Source of the DNA: Escherichia coli
Lineage (GTDB): Bacteria > Pseudomonadota > Gammaproteobacteria > Enterobacterales > Enterobacteriaceae
NCBI RefSeq assembly: GCF_003334765.1
Contig: NZ_QOWT01000023.1
DNA: 64,000 nt
Strand: one strand, 5' to 3'
Shown here: in pieces, positions 33,129-44,100 of the stretch
Position numbering within the stretch: the stretch's first letter is position 1
How the letters are laid out: the number at the start of each line of letters is the position of its first letter
Position numbers and translations under genes: made by a program
Notes under the pieces: model-generated
Told to the model about the DNA's origin: nothing
The model's input: only the letters and a program-made list of their open reading frames with translations
Databases searched by the model: none

Positions 33129-34787
33129 ATGATTCTTGAGCGCGTTGAAATTGTGGGTTTTCGCGGTATCAACCGTTTGTCGTTGATGCTGGAACAAAAC
33201 AACGTCCTGATTGGGGAGAACGCGTGGGGTAAATCCAGCTTGCTGGACGCCTTAACTCTGCTGCTATCGCCAGAATCAGATCTCTACCATTTTGAGCGCG
33301 ACGATTTCTGGTTCCCGCCGGGAGATATCAACGGGCGAGAACATCATCTGCATATTATTTTGACCTTCCGCGAATCGCTGCCAGGCCGACATCGGGTTCG
33401 CCGTTATCGGCCGCTGGAAGCGTGCTGGACGCCATGCACCGATGGCTATCACCGTATTTTTTATCGTCTGGAAGGGGAGAGTGCGGAAGACGGCAGCGTG
33501 ATGACACTGCGCAGTTTTCTCGATAAAGACGGACATCCGATTGATGTCGAGGATATTAACGATCAGGCACGCCATCTGGTGCGTTTAATGCCGGTGCTGC
33601 GCTTGCGTGATGCCCGTTTTATGCGCCGTATTCGTAACGGCACGGTGCCAAATGTCCCTAATGTGGAAGTCACCGCGCGCCAGCTCGATTTCCTCGCCCG
33701 TGAGTTATCCTCACATCCGCAAAATCTCTCTGATGGGCAGATTCGTCAGGGACTTTCCGCAATGGTACAGCTGCTTGAGCATTATTTCTCTGAGCAGGGG
33801 GCCGGACAGGCGCGATATCGTTTAATGCGGCGGCGAGCCAGCAATGAGCAACGAAGCTGGCGCTATCTGGATATCATCAACCGGATGATTGACCGACCTG
33901 GTGGGCGCTCGTATCGGGTTATTTTGCTCGGCCTATTTGCTACTTTGTTGCAGGCAAAAGGCACATTGCGACTGGATAAAGACGCCCGTCCATTGTTGCT
34001 GATCGAAGATCCAGAAACCCGTTTACACCCCATTATGCTTTCAGTTGCCTGGCATCTGTTGAATCTTCTGCCATTGCAGCGCATTGCCACCACCAACTCG
34101 GGTGAGTTGCTTTCGTTAACGCCGGTAGAGCATGTTTGCCGACTGGTACGTGAGTCCTCGCGCGTTGCCGCCTGGCGTCTGGGGCCGAGTGGCTTGAGTA
34201 CCGAAGATAGCCGACGCATATCCTTTCACATTCGTTTTAACCGTCCGTCATCGCTGTTTGCACGCTGCTGGTTGCTGGTGGAAGGGGAAACGGAAACCTG
34301 GGTTATCAATGAACTGGCGCGTCAGTGCGGACATCATTTTGATGCCGAAGGGATCAAGGTCATTGAGTTTGCCCAGTCCGGGCTAAAGCCACTGGTTAAA
34401 TTTGCCCGCCGAATGGGGATTGAATGGCATGTACTGGTCGATGGCGATGAAGCAGGGAAGAAATATGCCGCTACGGTACGCAGCCTGTTGAATAACGATC
34501 GGGAAGCCGAACGAGAACATTTAACGGCGTTACCGGCGCTGGATATGGAACATTTTATGTATCGCCAGGGATTTTCCGATGTGTTCCACCGCATGGCGCA
34601 AATCCCGGAAAATGTACCGATGAATCTACGCAAAATTATCTCGAAAGCGATCCATCGCTCTTCCAAACCCGATCTTGCCATTGAAGTGGCAATGGAGGCA
34701 GGACGTCGTGGTGTGGACTCCGTACCGACGCTGCTGAAAAAAATGTTCTCACGCGTGCTGTGGCTGGCGCGCGGTCGCGCGGATTAA
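33129..34787 (+). CDS. ybjD: OLD-family ATP-dependent endonuclease-like protein YbjD (ABC-type ATPase + Toprim)
   Basis: 552-aa ORF with N-terminal P-loop GENAWGKSS, Walker B-like LLLIEDPETRLH, and a C-terminal Toprim-like LLVEGETE...DGDEAG. Confidence 0.9.
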   Translation: MILERVEIVGFRGINRLSLMLEQNNVLIGENAWGKSSLLDALTLLLSPESDLYHFERDDFWFPPGDINGREHHLHIILTFRESLPGRHRVRRYRPLEACWTPCTDGYHRIFYRLEGESAEDGSVMTLRSFLDKDGHPIDVEDINDQARHLVRLMPVLRLRDARFMRRIRNGTVPNVPNVEVTARQLDFLARELSSHPQNLSDGQIRQGLSAMVQLLEHYFSEQGAGQARYRLMRRRASNEQRSWRYLDIINRMIDRPGGRSYRVILLGLFATLLQAKGTLRLDKDARPLLLIEDPETRLHPIMLSVAWHLLNLLPLQRIATTNSGELLSLTPVEHVCRLVRESSRVAAWRLGPSGLSTEDSRRISFHIRFNRPSSLFARCWLLVEGETETWVINELARQCGHHFDAEGIKVIEFAQSGLKPLVKFARRMGIEWHVLVDGDEAGKKYAATVRSLLNNDREAEREHLTALPALDMEHFMYRQGFSDVFHRMAQIPENVPMNLRKIISKAIHRSSKPDLAIEVAMEAGRRGVDSVPTLLKKMFSRVLWLARGRAD

Positions 34788-35776
34788 CCGCGAAACATCG
34801 TGGCCATTTGTGGCTGAATAGCGTCGAGCATCTCATAGCGCCGACGGTATTCAGCCCGTTTTTTACTGGCGATTTCGGCAATCTCTTTTCGTGCTATCTG
34901 TGCTGGAAGGCGGTAATGGCGTTCAGCATCACATACGCCGCCAACCGATTCCCAGAAAGCGTTGTAATCAGCGTGGATCTTGCCTTCTTTATCGCGATAA
35001 CGCAGGCTGCGGTAAATATGCGTTTCATTGCTGACGGCAATAATCTGCTCTACCTGCAAACGTTGGGCAAACAGACAGGCCGCTTCCATCACGAGGCGTT
35101 TGGGAAATAGCCCGTGGCAGGCTTTCGTCGCATTCTGGATTTCCTGATGTGGAATTTCCCATTTTGCGCCTTGCAGTCCGCCAATAAACATCGTTCTTTT
35201 CCCCTGATATTCACACAGGGTAAACGTGATCTCTGCCAGAGGAATACCTTCGCTGTTGCGGAACAGGATTGTGCTGTCACCTTCTTTATCCATTGAGATC
35301 ATCATGGTCAGCTCAAGCGTGAACTGCTCGCCGTTTTTGCCTTCCAGCTTCGCCAGTTGCAGCCCGGGGGTATTCAAATATAAGCTGAATTCTTCCGCCG
35401 ACATACATTCGCGGAGTAACGCATAATGGTAACGTAACGCCTCCAGCAATTGCTTACGGCTAAGATTCGCCGCAAGGTAAGGGCGATGCAGACGCACAGG
35501 CAGTCGCGGCTGGCGCGTTAACAATACATTGAGATTAGGCCAGTGGGAAAGTTCGTTCATCCACTCAACGCTTAAACGCGGCATAATCAACGAGCGCAGC
35601 AAAAATTTCTGGCGAAAACTACGGCGATGCCAGAATTTACCCGGCCGACACTGTCCACGTGCCAGACTAAGAAAAAGTGACAGGCTGCTGAGAGATTCAG
35701 ATGGCGTAAAGGTCCGTTCAGTTAGCTGCGACATATTCATGAAATCAATGGTTATACATGGCGTCGATTTCACCAT
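34784..35776 (-). CDS. ybjX: VirK/DUF535 family protein YbjX
   Basis: 330-aa ORF. The true start may be the internal MNMSQLTERTF. Position matches K-12 ybjX. Confidence 0.85.
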   Translation of the reverse strand: MVKSTPCITIDFMNMSQLTERTFTPSESLSSLSLFLSLARGQCRPGKFWHRRSFRQKFLLRSLIMPRLSVEWMNELSHWPNLNVLLTRQPRLPVRLHRPYLAANLSRKQLLEALRYHYALLRECMSAEEFSLYLNTPGLQLAKLEGKNGEQFTLELTMMISMDKEGDSTILFRNSEGIPLAEITFTLCEYQGKRTMFIGGLQGAKWEIPHQEIQNATKACHGLFPKRLVMEAACLFAQRLQVEQIIAVSNETHIYRSLRYRDKEGKIHADYNAFWESVGGVCDAERHYRLPAQIARKEIAEIASKKRAEYRRRYEMLDAIQPQMATMFRG

Positions 35777-35890
35777 TGCGTATCTTAACCAAACATCAAT
35801 AGTGTGATTACTAACGTAAATTTTAGGGTTTTGTTGATATTTCGTTGAAGTTAATGACCCGGATTGGCATATGGAGTATTCAGAAAATTT

Positions 35891-37006
35891 ATGAAAAAGC
35901 GGAAAACCGTGAAGAAGCGTTACGTTATTGCGCTGGTGATAGTCATCGCCGGACTGATTACGTTATGGAGAATTCTTAACGCACCCGTGCCGACTTATCA
36001 GACGCTGATTGTGCGCCCCGGTGATTTACAGCAAAGCGTGCTGGCGACCGGAAAGCTGGACGCGCTGCGTAAGGTTGATGTGGGCGCGCAGGTCAGCGGT
36101 CAGTTGAAAACTCTGTCGGTGGCGATTGGCGATAAAGTAAAAAAAGACCAGCTTTTAGGGGTTATTGATCCTGAACAGGCTGAAAACCAGATTAAGGAGG
36201 TCGAAGCAACGCTGATGGAGCTACGTGCGCAGCGGCAGCAGGCGGAAGCGGAGCTGAAACTGGCGCGGGTGACGTATTCCCGTCAGCAACGTCTGGCACA
36301 AACGAAGGCTGTTTCACAGCAGGATCTCGACACCGCCGCGACGGAGATGGCTGTGAAACAGGCGCAAATTGGCACCATTGACGCGCAAATCAAGCGCAAT
36401 CAGGCTTCTCTCGATACGGCTAAAACCAATCTCGATTACACTCGCATCGTTGCCCCGATGGCCGGGGAAGTCACGCAAATCACCACTCTGCAAGGCCAGA
36501 CGGTGATTGCCGCACAACAAGCACCGAACATTCTGACGCTGGCAGATATGAGCACCATGCTGGTAAAAGCGCAGGTTTCTGAAGCGGATGTAATCCACCT
36601 GAAGCCGGGGCAAAAAGCCTGGTTTACGGTGCTTGGCGATCCACTGACGCGCTACGAGGGGCAAATCAAGGATGTACTACCGACGCCGGAAAAGGTTAAC
36701 GACGCTATTTTCTATTACGCCCGTTTTGAAGTCCCCAACCCCAATGGTTTGCTGCGGCTGGATATGACTGCGCAAGTGCATATTCAGCTCACCGATGTGA
36801 AAAATGTGCTGACGATCCCTCTGTCGGCGTTAGGCGATCCGGTTGGCGATAATCGTTATAAAGTCAAATTGTTGCGTAATGGTGAAACACGCGAGCGTGA
36901 AGTGACGATTGGCGCACGTAACGATACCGATGTTGAGATTGTCAAAGGGCTTGAAGCGGGCGATGAAGTGGTGATTGGTGAGGCCAAACCAGGAGCTGCA
37001 CAATGA
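35891..37006 (+). CDS. macA: macrolide efflux membrane fusion protein
   Basis: 371 aa from the internal [29 protein letters not shown], with a coiled-coil hairpin region. Confidence 0.94.
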   Translation: MKKRKTVKKRYVIALVIVIAGLITLWRILNAPVPTYQTLIVRPGDLQQSVLATGKLDALRKVDVGAQVSGQLKTLSVAIGDKVKKDQLLGVIDPEQAENQIKEVEATLMELRAQRQQAEAELKLARVTYSRQQRLAQTKAVSQQDLDTAATEMAVKQAQIGTIDAQIKRNQASLDTAKTNLDYTRIVAPMAGEVTQITTLQGQTVIAAQQAPNILTLADMSTMLVKAQVSEADVIHLKPGQKAWFTVLGDPLTRYEGQIKDVLPTPEKVNDAIFYYARFEVPNPNGLLRLDMTAQVHIQLTDVKNVLTIPLSALGDPVGDNRYKVKLLRNGETREREVTIGARNDTDVEIVKGLEAGDEVVIGEAKPGAAQ

Positions 37007-38949
37007 CGCCTTTGCTCGAATTAAAGGATATTCGTCGCAGCTATCCTGCCGGTGATGAGCAGGTTGAGGTGCTGAAGGGCATCAGCCTCGATATTTATGC
37101 GGGTGAGATGGTCGCGATTGTTGGCGCTTCGGGTTCCGGTAAATCGACCCTGATGAATATTCTCGGCTGTCTGGATAAGGCCACCAGCGGCACCTATCGC
37201 GTCGCCGGTCAGGATGTTGCCACGCTGGACGCCGATGCGCTGGCGCAACTGCGCCGCGAGCATTTCGGCTTTATTTTCCAGCGTTACCATTTGCTTTCGC
37301 ATTTAACCGCCGAGCAGAACGTTGAAGTACCCGCCGTCTATGCTGGTCTTGAGCGGAAACAGCGACTGCTTCGTGCCCAGGAGTTGCTGCAACGGCTGGG
37401 GCTGGAAGACCGTACAGAGTATTATCCGGCACAGCTTTCGGGTGGTCAGCAACAGCGCGTCAGCATCGCGCGGGCATTGATGAACGGTGGTCAGGTAATT
37501 CTTGCCGATGAACCAACCGGCGCACTGGACAGCCATTCTGGCGAAGAGGTGATGGCGATCCTGCATCAGCTGCGCGATCGTGGGCATACGGTGATTATCG
37601 TCACCCACGATCCGCAGGTCGCTGCTCAGGCCGAGCGGGTGATCGAAATTCGCGACGGCGAAATTGTGCGCAATCCTCCCGCCATTGAAAAAGTGAATGT
37701 TACTGGCGGGACGGAACCTGTTGTCAACACGGTGTCTGGCTGGCGGCAGTTTGTCAGCGGTTTTAACGAGGCGCTGACGATGGCATGGCGGGCGCTGGCA
37801 GCGAATAAAATGCGTACTTTACTGACCATGCTGGGGATTATTATCGGTATTGCGTCGGTGGTTTCCATTGTCGTGGTGGGTGACGCCGCCAAACAAATGG
37901 TGCTGGCGGATATTCGTTCTATTGGTACGAATACTATTGATGTCTATCCCGGGAAAGATTTTGGCGATGACGATCCGCAATATCAGCAGGCGCTGAAGTA
38001 CGACGACTTAATCGCCATCCAAAAACAACCGTGGGTCGCCTCAGCCACACCTGCCGTCTCGCAAAACCTGCGCCTGCGTTATAACAATGTTGATGTTGCT
38101 GCCAGTGCCAATGGCGTGAGCGGCGATTATTTTAATGTCTATGGCATGACCTTCAGTGAAGGAAACACCTTTAATCAGGAGCAGCTGAACGGTCGTGCGC
38201 AGGTCGTGGTTCTCGACAGTAATACTCGCCGCCAGCTTTTCCCCCATAAAGCAGATGTGGTTGGCGAGGTGATTCTGGTCGGCAATATGCCCGCCAGAGT
38301 CATTGGTGTGGCGGAAGAAAAACAGTCGATGTTTGGTAGCAGTAAAGTGCTGCGTGTCTGGCTACCTTACAGCACGATGTCCGGGCGAGTTATGGGCCAG
38401 TCGTGGCTTAACTCCATTACTGTCAGGGTGAAAGAAGGATTTGACAGCGCCGAGGCGGAACAGCAACTCACGCGTTTACTTTCACTGCGCCACGGAAAGA
38501 AGGATTTCTTTACCTGGAACATGGACGGCGTCTTGAAAACTGTTGAAAAGACCACACGTACTTTACAACTGTTTCTGACGCTGGTGGCGGTGATTTCGCT
38601 GGTGGTGGGCGGTATTGGTGTAATGAATATTATGCTGGTGTCAGTGACCGAGCGGACGCGGGAAATTGGCATTCGCATGGCTGTAGGTGCGCGAGCAAGC
38701 GATGTTTTGCAACAGTTCCTGATCGAAGCCGTACTGGTTTGCCTGGTCGGTGGCGCGTTGGGAATAACACTGTCACTGTTAATTGCTTTCACCTTGCAGC
38801 TTTTCTTACCCGGCTGGGAGATTGGTTTTTCACCGTTGGCGCTGCTGCTGGCGTTTCTCTGCTCGACGGTCACCGGGATTTTATTTGGCTGGTTACCCGC
38901 ACGAAATGCGGCACGACTGGATCCAGTAGATGCTCTGGCACGAGAGTAA
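37003..38949 (+). CDS. macB: macrolide efflux ABC transporter ATPase/permease
   Basis: 648-aa ORF with Walker [10 protein letters not shown], signature LSGGQQQR, and a C-terminal FtsX-type permease. It overlaps macA by 4 bp. Confidence 0.95.
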   Translation: MTPLLELKDIRRSYPAGDEQVEVLKGISLDIYAGEMVAIVGASGSGKSTLMNILGCLDKATSGTYRVAGQDVATLDADALAQLRREHFGFIFQRYHLLSHLTAEQNVEVPAVYAGLERKQRLLRAQELLQRLGLEDRTEYYPAQLSGGQQQRVSIARALMNGGQVILADEPTGALDSHSGEEVMAILHQLRDRGHTVIIVTHDPQVAAQAERVIEIRDGEIVRNPPAIEKVNVTGGTEPVVNTVSGWRQFVSGFNEALTMAWRALAANKMRTLLTMLGIIIGIASVVSIVVVGDAAKQMVLADIRSIGTNTIDVYPGKDFGDDDPQYQQALKYDDLIAIQKQPWVASATPAVSQNLRLRYNNVDVAASANGVSGDYFNVYGMTFSEGNTFNQEQLNGRAQVVVLDSNTRRQLFPHKADVVGEVILVGNMPARVIGVAEEKQSMFGSSKVLRVWLPYSTMSGRVMGQSWLNSITVRVKEGFDSAEAEQQLTRLLSLRHGKKDFFTWNMDGVLKTVEKTTRTLQLFLTLVAVISLVVGGIGVMNIMLVSVTERTREIGIRMAVGARASDVLQQFLIEAVLVCLVGGALGITLSLLIAFTLQLFLPGWEIGFSPLALLLAFLCSTVTGILFGWLPARNAARLDPVDALARE

Positions 38950-38960
38950 TTTTTGAGATA

Positions 38961-38990
38961 AAAATGCCAGCCGATCGGGCTGGCATTTTG
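38961..38990. terminator. bidirectional terminator between macB and cspD
   Basis: AAAATGCCAGCC-GATC-GGGCTGGCATTTT, a perfect stem flanked by A- and T-runs. Confidence 0.75.
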
Positions 38991-39021
38991 CCTTTAGGAT
39001 GTACACAATGAGACAGAAGAG

Positions 39022-39246
39022 CTATGCGACTGCCGCTTCTACTTCGACGGGCACAATAACACTGGCGTGATTGCCTTTTGGCCCCTGGTGGACATCAAAC
39101 TGAACGGATTGTCCAGCTTTTAGCGTTCTGTAACCATCCATCTGAATGGTGGAATAATGAGCGAAAATATCTTCGCCGCCGCCTTCAGGGCAGATGAAAC
39201 CAAACCCTTTGGCATTGTTGAACCACTTAACAGTACCCTTTTCCAT
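39022..39246 (-). CDS. cspD: stationary-phase cold-shock-domain protein / replication inhibitor
   Basis: 74 aa from the internal ATG, MEKGTVKWFNNAKGFGFICPEGGGEDIFAHY. Confidence 0.95.
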   Translation of the reverse strand: MEKGTVKWFNNAKGFGFICPEGGGEDIFAHYSTIQMDGYRTLKAGQSVQFDVHQGPKGNHASVIVPVEVEAAVA

Positions 39247-39568
39247 GCTTCGACATCCTTCGCAAATCTTATACAAGTAAGATGGAATAAACCGGGGTCA
39301 GAGAGGGGGCTGTTCAAAACCTCGCCAACTCTAGAAATACAATTTAGAGAATTAGGGCGAGCCGTCAAGCATTTGACAGGGGACAAGGGGCAGGTATGAA
39401 TCAAAAATTTGAAGCAGTTAACGCTATTGACAGGAATGTGACAGATGTCGCTGATGCCAACGATAGATGATAGTTATCTATCATGTGGAGTAGATTGGTC
39501 AGGCAAATAAGCTCTTGTCAGCGGCAGGGCGTTCTGCCGATAACCGTAACCGAAGATGATAACTGACA

Positions 39569-39889
39569 ATGGGTAAAACGAACGACTGGCTGGACTTTGA
39601 TCAACTGGCGGAAGAAAAAGTTCGCGACGCGCTAAAACCGCCATCTATGTATAAAGTGATATTAGTCAATGATGATTACACTCCGATGGAGTTTGTTATT
39701 GACGTGTTACAAAAATTCTTTTCTTATGATGTAGAACGTGCAACGCAATTGATGCTCGCTGTTCACTACCAGGGGAAGGCCATTTGCGGAGTCTTTACCG
39801 CCGAGGTTGCAGAAACCAAAGTGGCGATGGTGAACAAGTACGCGAGGGAGAATGAGCATCCATTGCTGTGTACGCTAGAAAAAGCCTGA
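39569..39889 (+). CDS. clpS: ClpAP N-degron adaptor
   Basis: 106-aa [46 protein letters not shown]... Confidence 0.96.
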
Positions 39890-39919
39890 ATGCAGGCATA
39901 AAAATTGGGGGAGGTGCCT

Positions 39920-42196
39920 ATGCTCAATCAAGAACTGGAACTCAGTTTAAATATGGCTTTCGCCAGAGCGCGCGAGCACCGTCATGAGTTTATGACCGTC
40001 GAGCACTTGTTACTGGCGCTGCTCAGTAACCCATCTGCCCGGGAGGCGCTGGAAGCGTGTTCTGTGGATTTGGTTGCGCTCCGTCAGGAACTGGAAGCCT
40101 TTATTGAACAAACCACACCCGTTCTGCCTGCCAGTGAAGAGGAGCGCGACACACAGCCGACGCTGAGTTTTCAGCGTGTACTGCAACGTGCGGTCTTCCA
40201 TGTCCAGTCCTCCGGTCGCAATGAGGTTACCGGTGCAAACGTTCTGGTCGCTATCTTTAGCGAACAGGAGTCGCAGGCGGCATATCTGTTGCGTAAACAT
40301 GAAGTCAGCCGTCTCGATGTGGTGAACTTTATCTCTCATGGCACGCGTAAAGACGAGCCGACACAGTCTTCTGATCCTGGCAGCCAGCCAAACAGCGAAG
40401 AACAAGCTGGTGGGGAGGAACGTATGGAGAATTTCACGACGAACCTGAATCAGCTTGCGCGCGTGGGCGGAATCGACCCACTGATTGGTCGTGAGAAGGA
40501 GCTGGAGCGTGCTATTCAGGTTCTCTGCCGTCGCCGTAAAAACAACCCGCTGCTGGTGGGGGAATCTGGTGTCGGTAAAACCGCGATTGCGGAAGGTCTT
40601 GCCTGGCGAATTGTTCAGGGCGATGTGCCGGAAGTGATGGCTGACTGTACGATTTACTCTCTCGATATCGGTTCTCTGTTAGCGGGCACAAAATATCGCG
40701 GCGACTTTGAAAAACGTTTTAAAGCGTTGCTCAAGCAGCTGGAGCAGGACACTAACAGCATCCTGTTTATTGATGAGATCCACACCATTATCGGTGCGGG
40801 TGCAGCGTCTGGTGGTCAGGTCGATGCGGCTAACCTAATCAAACCGTTGCTCTCCAGCGGTAAAATTCGTGTAATTGGTTCGACAACCTATCAGGAGTTC
40901 AGCAACATTTTCGAGAAAGACCGTGCTCTGGCGCGTCGCTTCCAGAAAATTGATATTACTGAACCGTCGATCGAAGAAACTGTTCAAATCATCAATGGCC
41001 TGAAACCGAAGTATGAAGCGCACCACGACGTGCGTTATACCGCAAAAGCGGTGCGTGCGGCGGTAGAGCTGGCGGTGAAATACATTAACGATCGTCATCT
41101 GCCGGATAAAGCCATTGATGTTATCGACGAAGCGGGCGCTCGCGCACGCCTGATGCCGGTAAGCAAACGCAAGAAAACCGTTAATGTGGCGGATATTGAG
41201 TCCGTGGTGGCCCGTATTGCACGCATTCCAGAGAAGAGTGTTTCTCAGAGTGATCGTGATACCCTGAAAAACCTCGGCGATCGCTTGAAAATGCTGGTCT
41301 TCGGTCAGGATAAAGCCATTGAGGCGCTGACTGAAGCCATTAAGATGGCGCGTGCAGGTTTAGGTCACGAACATAAACCGGTTGGTTCGTTCCTGTTTGC
41401 CGGCCCTACCGGGGTCGGGAAAACAGAGGTGACGGTACAGCTTTCGAAAGCTTTGGGCATTGAGCTTCTGCGCTTTGATATGTCCGAGTATATGGAACGC
41501 CATACCGTCAGCCGTCTTATTGGTGCGCCTCCGGGATACGTTGGTTTTGATCAGGGCGGTTTGCTGACTGATGCGGTCATCAAGCATCCACATGCGGTGC
41601 TGCTGCTGGACGAAATCGAGAAAGCGCACCCGGACGTGTTCAATATTCTGTTGCAGGTGATGGATAACGGTACGCTGACCGATAACAACGGACGCAAAGC
41701 AGACTTCCGTAACGTGGTGCTGGTGATGACCACCAACGCCGGGGTACGGGAAACTGAGCGCAAATCCATTGGTCTTATCCACCAGGATAACAGCACCGAT
41801 GCGATGGAAGAGATCAAGAAGATCTTTACACCGGAATTCCGTAACCGTCTCGACAACATTATCTGGTTTGATCATCTGTCAACCGACGTGATCCATCAGG
41901 TGGTGGATAAATTCATCGTCGAGTTGCAGGTTCAGCTGGATCAGAAAGGTGTTTCTCTGGAAGTGAGCCAGGAAGCGCGTAACTGGCTGGCCGAGAAAGG
42001 TTACGACCGGGCAATGGGCGCTCGTCCGATGGCGCGTGTCATCCAGGACAACCTGAAAAAACCGCTCGCCAACGAACTGCTGTTTGGTTCGCTGGTGGAC
42101 GGCGGTCAGGTCACCGTCGCGCTGGATAAAGAGAAAAATGAGCTGACTTACGGATTCCAGAGTGCACAAAAGCACAAGGCGGAAGCAGCGCATTAA
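39920..42196 (+). CDS. clpA: ATP-dependent Clp protease unfoldase subunit
   Basis: 758 aa from the internal [38 protein letters not shown], with two AAA+ modules ([16 protein letters not shown]). Confidence 0.97.
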   Translation: MLNQELELSLNMAFARAREHRHEFMTVEHLLLALLSNPSAREALEACSVDLVALRQELEAFIEQTTPVLPASEEERDTQPTLSFQRVLQRAVFHVQSSGRNEVTGANVLVAIFSEQESQAAYLLRKHEVSRLDVVNFISHGTRKDEPTQSSDPGSQPNSEEQAGGEERMENFTTNLNQLARVGGIDPLIGREKELERAIQVLCRRRKNNPLLVGESGVGKTAIAEGLAWRIVQGDVPEVMADCTIYSLDIGSLLAGTKYRGDFEKRFKALLKQLEQDTNSILFIDEIHTIIGAGAASGGQVDAANLIKPLLSSGKIRVIGSTTYQEFSNIFEKDRALARRFQKIDITEPSIEETVQIINGLKPKYEAHHDVRYTAKAVRAAVELAVKYINDRHLPDKAIDVIDEAGARARLMPVSKRKKTVNVADIESVVARIARIPEKSVSQSDRDTLKNLGDRLKMLVFGQDKAIEALTEAIKMARAGLGHEHKPVGSFLFAGPTGVGKTEVTVQLSKALGIELLRFDMSEYMERHTVSRLIGAPPGYVGFDQGGLLTDAVIKHPHAVLLLDEIEKAHPDVFNILLQVMDNGTLTDNNGRKADFRNVVLVMTTNAGVRETERKSIGLIHQDNSTDAMEEIKKIFTPEFRNRLDNIIWFDHLSTDVIHQVVDKFIVELQVQLDQKGVSLEVSQEARNWLAEKGYDRAMGARPMARVIQDNLKKPLANELLFGSLVDGGQVTVALDKEKNELTYGFQSAQKHKAEAAH

Positions 42197-42220
42197 TCTG
42201 ATTGTTAGGTAGGTTGGTCA

Positions 42221-42256
42221 AGTCCGTAATCTCGAAAGAGGTTACGGACTTTTTGT
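42221..42256 (+). terminator. clpA rho-independent terminator
   Basis: AGTCCGTAATCTC-GAAA-GAGGTTACGGACT followed by TTTTTG. Confidence 0.8.
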
Positions 42257-42408
42257 TTATGGGGTGGAGGAGGTTCAGACCCTTTTTTTAATGATGATGG
42301 TAAGTTGTTGATAATTAGTGCTGCGGGAAGGTAAGGATAAAAAAGGGTGCTGCAGGAGAATGGGATGGTTTTGCTTTATTAACAACGGGCTAAACGTGTA
42401 GTATTTGA

Positions 42409-42496
42409 GTTCACTGCCGTACAGGCAGCTTAGAAATTCACAGGTAACATACTCCACCCGCCCACCATGTTCACTGCCGTACAGACAGATAAAATG
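42409..42496 (+). CRISPR. orphan type I-F CRISPR mini-array (2 repeats, 1 spacer), no cas genes in window
   Basis: Repeat 1 is GTTCACTGCCGTACAGGCAGCTTAGAAA (42409-42436), the canonical I-F repeat. The 32-nt spacer is TTCACAGGTAACATACTCCACCCGCCCACCAT (42437-42468). Repeat 2 is GTTCACTGCCGTACAGACAGATAAAATG (42469-42496), degenerate in its 3' half. An AT-rich leader-like stretch lies upstream. Confidence 0.85.
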
Positions 42497-42498
42497 CG

Positions 42499-42528
42499 AA
42501 AAAAAAGCTCGCACTTTCGTACGAGCTC
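42499..42528 (-). terminator. orphaned tRNA-Ser (serW) terminator
   Basis: The minus strand reads AGCTCG-TACGAAAGTG-CGAGCT followed by T8. It lies directly 3' of the tRNA 3' fragment. Confidence 0.6.
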
Positions 42529-42539
42529 TTCTTTAAATA

Positions 42540-42553
42540 TGGCGGTGAGGGGG
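42540..42553 (-). other. 14-nt 3'-terminal fragment of tRNA-Ser(GGA) serW (att-type core/duplication); no tRNA body present
   Basis: TGGCGGTGAGGGGG is the reverse complement of ...CCCCCTCACCGCCA, the acceptor/T-arm 3' end of serW as I recall it. The sequence diverges immediately after it (ACCGCCTGAAATAAATC). Confidence 0.6.
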
Positions 42554-42713
42554 ACCGCCTGAAATAAATCTGACTTAATCCGGGGGTGTTATATAATTTC
42601 ATTATAAACAATGTATTATACTTTTTTCTGTCCGATATTATCTAATGTATTCTTAGTGAAGCGAGAGACTAATGGCATACTGGATGGCATACTAGAGTAA
42701 CAGGAATTAGCGT

Positions 42714-43931
42714 ATGGCAGTTTTGACGGATACTAAAGCAAGGCATATCAAACCTGATGACAAACCATTGCCCCATGGGGGAATTACAGGACTGACTCTT
42801 CATCCTTCTTCAGTAAAAGGGCGGGGTAAATGGGTTTTTCGTTATGTAAGTCCGGTGACACAAAAAAGGCGTAATGCTGGATTGGGAACTTATCCTGAGG
42901 TCAGTATTGCTGAAGCTGCACGTGCTGCCCGGATAATGCGAGAGCAACTTGCTGCAGGTGATGACCCACTGGAGATTAAAAAGGCTGAAGCTGAAAAAGT
43001 TGTTATCCCAACATTTGCCGATGCAGCCAGGCGTGTACATGCTGAATTGTCACCGGGATGGGAAAATCCAAAGCATGTCAGGCAGTGGTTATCGACGCTT
43101 GAAAATTACGCGTTTCCTCAACTGGGAGCAAAAACGCTGGATTCGATTACGGCTGCGGACGTGGCAGAAACACTGCGTCCAGTCTGGTTAACCTTGTCAG
43201 AAACGGCAAGCCGGGTTAAACAGCGCATTCATGTTGTTATGCAGTGGGGATGGGCGCACGGTTTTTGTGTGGCAAACCCTGTTGATGTGGTTGGCCATTT
43301 GCTTCCTCAGCAGACAAGAGGACGTGATGAACACCAACCCGCAATGCCCTGGAGGCAGTTACCGCTTTTTGTGGCGACCAGTGTGTATACAGATGAACCT
43401 TATAATGTTACCCGGGCACTGTTATTAATGGTGATACTTACAGCAACCCGCTCGGGCGAAGCCAGGGGAATGCGCTGGGCTGAAATTGATTTTCATAAGC
43501 GGATATGGACTATACCCGCAGAAAGAATGAAAGCCAGGATACAGCATCGTGTTCCTTTATCCCGGCAGGCCATTCACATTCTGGAAAATATACGTGGTTT
43601 GCATGATGAACTAGTGTTTCCTTCTCCCAGAAAGCAGCAGATCCTTTCAGATATGGTGTTGACGAGTTTTCTGCGTAAAAAGAAAGCCATCAGTGATATA
43701 CCGGGGCGAGTTGCCACGGCACATGGTTTTCGCTCAACATTCAGGGACTGGTGTAGTGAACAGGGGTATTCGCGGGATCTGGCGGAAAGGGCGCTCGCTC
43801 ATACGCTGAAAAATAAGGTTGAGGCGGCATATCATCGTACTGATCTACTGGAGCAGCGTGTACCGATGATGCAGGCATGGGCGGATTATGTGATGTCTCA
43901 ACTTGCTAAAAACACTAAGGAATTCGCTTAG
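42714..43931 (+). CDS. P4-family tyrosine integrase (DUF4102 arm-binding N-terminus)
   Basis: 405-aa ORF. The N-terminus is MAVLTDTKARHIKPDDKPLPHGGITGLTLHPSSVKGRGKWVFRY. Catalytic residues are in context: ATRSGEARGMRW (R), HGFRSTFRDW (HxxR), LAHTLKNKVEAAYHRTD (H...Y). Confidence 0.92.
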   Translation: MAVLTDTKARHIKPDDKPLPHGGITGLTLHPSSVKGRGKWVFRYVSPVTQKRRNAGLGTYPEVSIAEAARAARIMREQLAAGDDPLEIKKAEAEKVVIPTFADAARRVHAELSPGWENPKHVRQWLSTLENYAFPQLGAKTLDSITAADVAETLRPVWLTLSETASRVKQRIHVVMQWGWAHGFCVANPVDVVGHLLPQQTRGRDEHQPAMPWRQLPLFVATSVYTDEPYNVTRALLLMVILTATRSGEARGMRWAEIDFHKRIWTIPAERMKARIQHRVPLSRQAIHILENIRGLHDELVFPSPRKQQILSDMVLTSFLRKKKAISDIPGRVATAHGFRSTFRDWCSEQGYSRDLAERALAHTLKNKVEAAYHRTDLLEQRVPMMQAWADYVMSQLAKNTKEFA

Positions 43932-43993
43932 TTTCATGGACTGGCATACTCAGAGTAGCCAAATGGTTACTGCTTTCTTTTTTGAAAAATAAA

Positions 43994-44029
43994 TGCAATG
44001 CCAGTTCGTAATGAAAACCTGGCATTGCA
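43994..44029. terminator. hairpin between convergent int and DUF3987 genes
   Basis: TGCAATGCCAG, a 14-nt loop, then CTGGCATTGCA, giving an 11-bp perfect stem. It is preceded by a T-rich run. Confidence 0.45.
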
Positions 44030-44100
44030 CTCAGCTAACGATTATTCATTATTATAACGAATAATACACTTGTGATAATTTATTTTTTGTCCGATAGTAT

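Noticed and set aside
33129-34787. YbjD as an OLD-family (ATPase plus Toprim) nuclease, considered as a defence gene.
   Set aside because: It is a single conserved core gene in its normal K-12 context, without partner genes or mobile-element flanks. It is not novel.
42275-42514. 79-aa minus-strand ORF covering the CRISPR repeats.
   Set aside because: It is generated by the repeat/spacer/leader sequence itself (the repeated FTAVQ... peptide), so it is not a gene.
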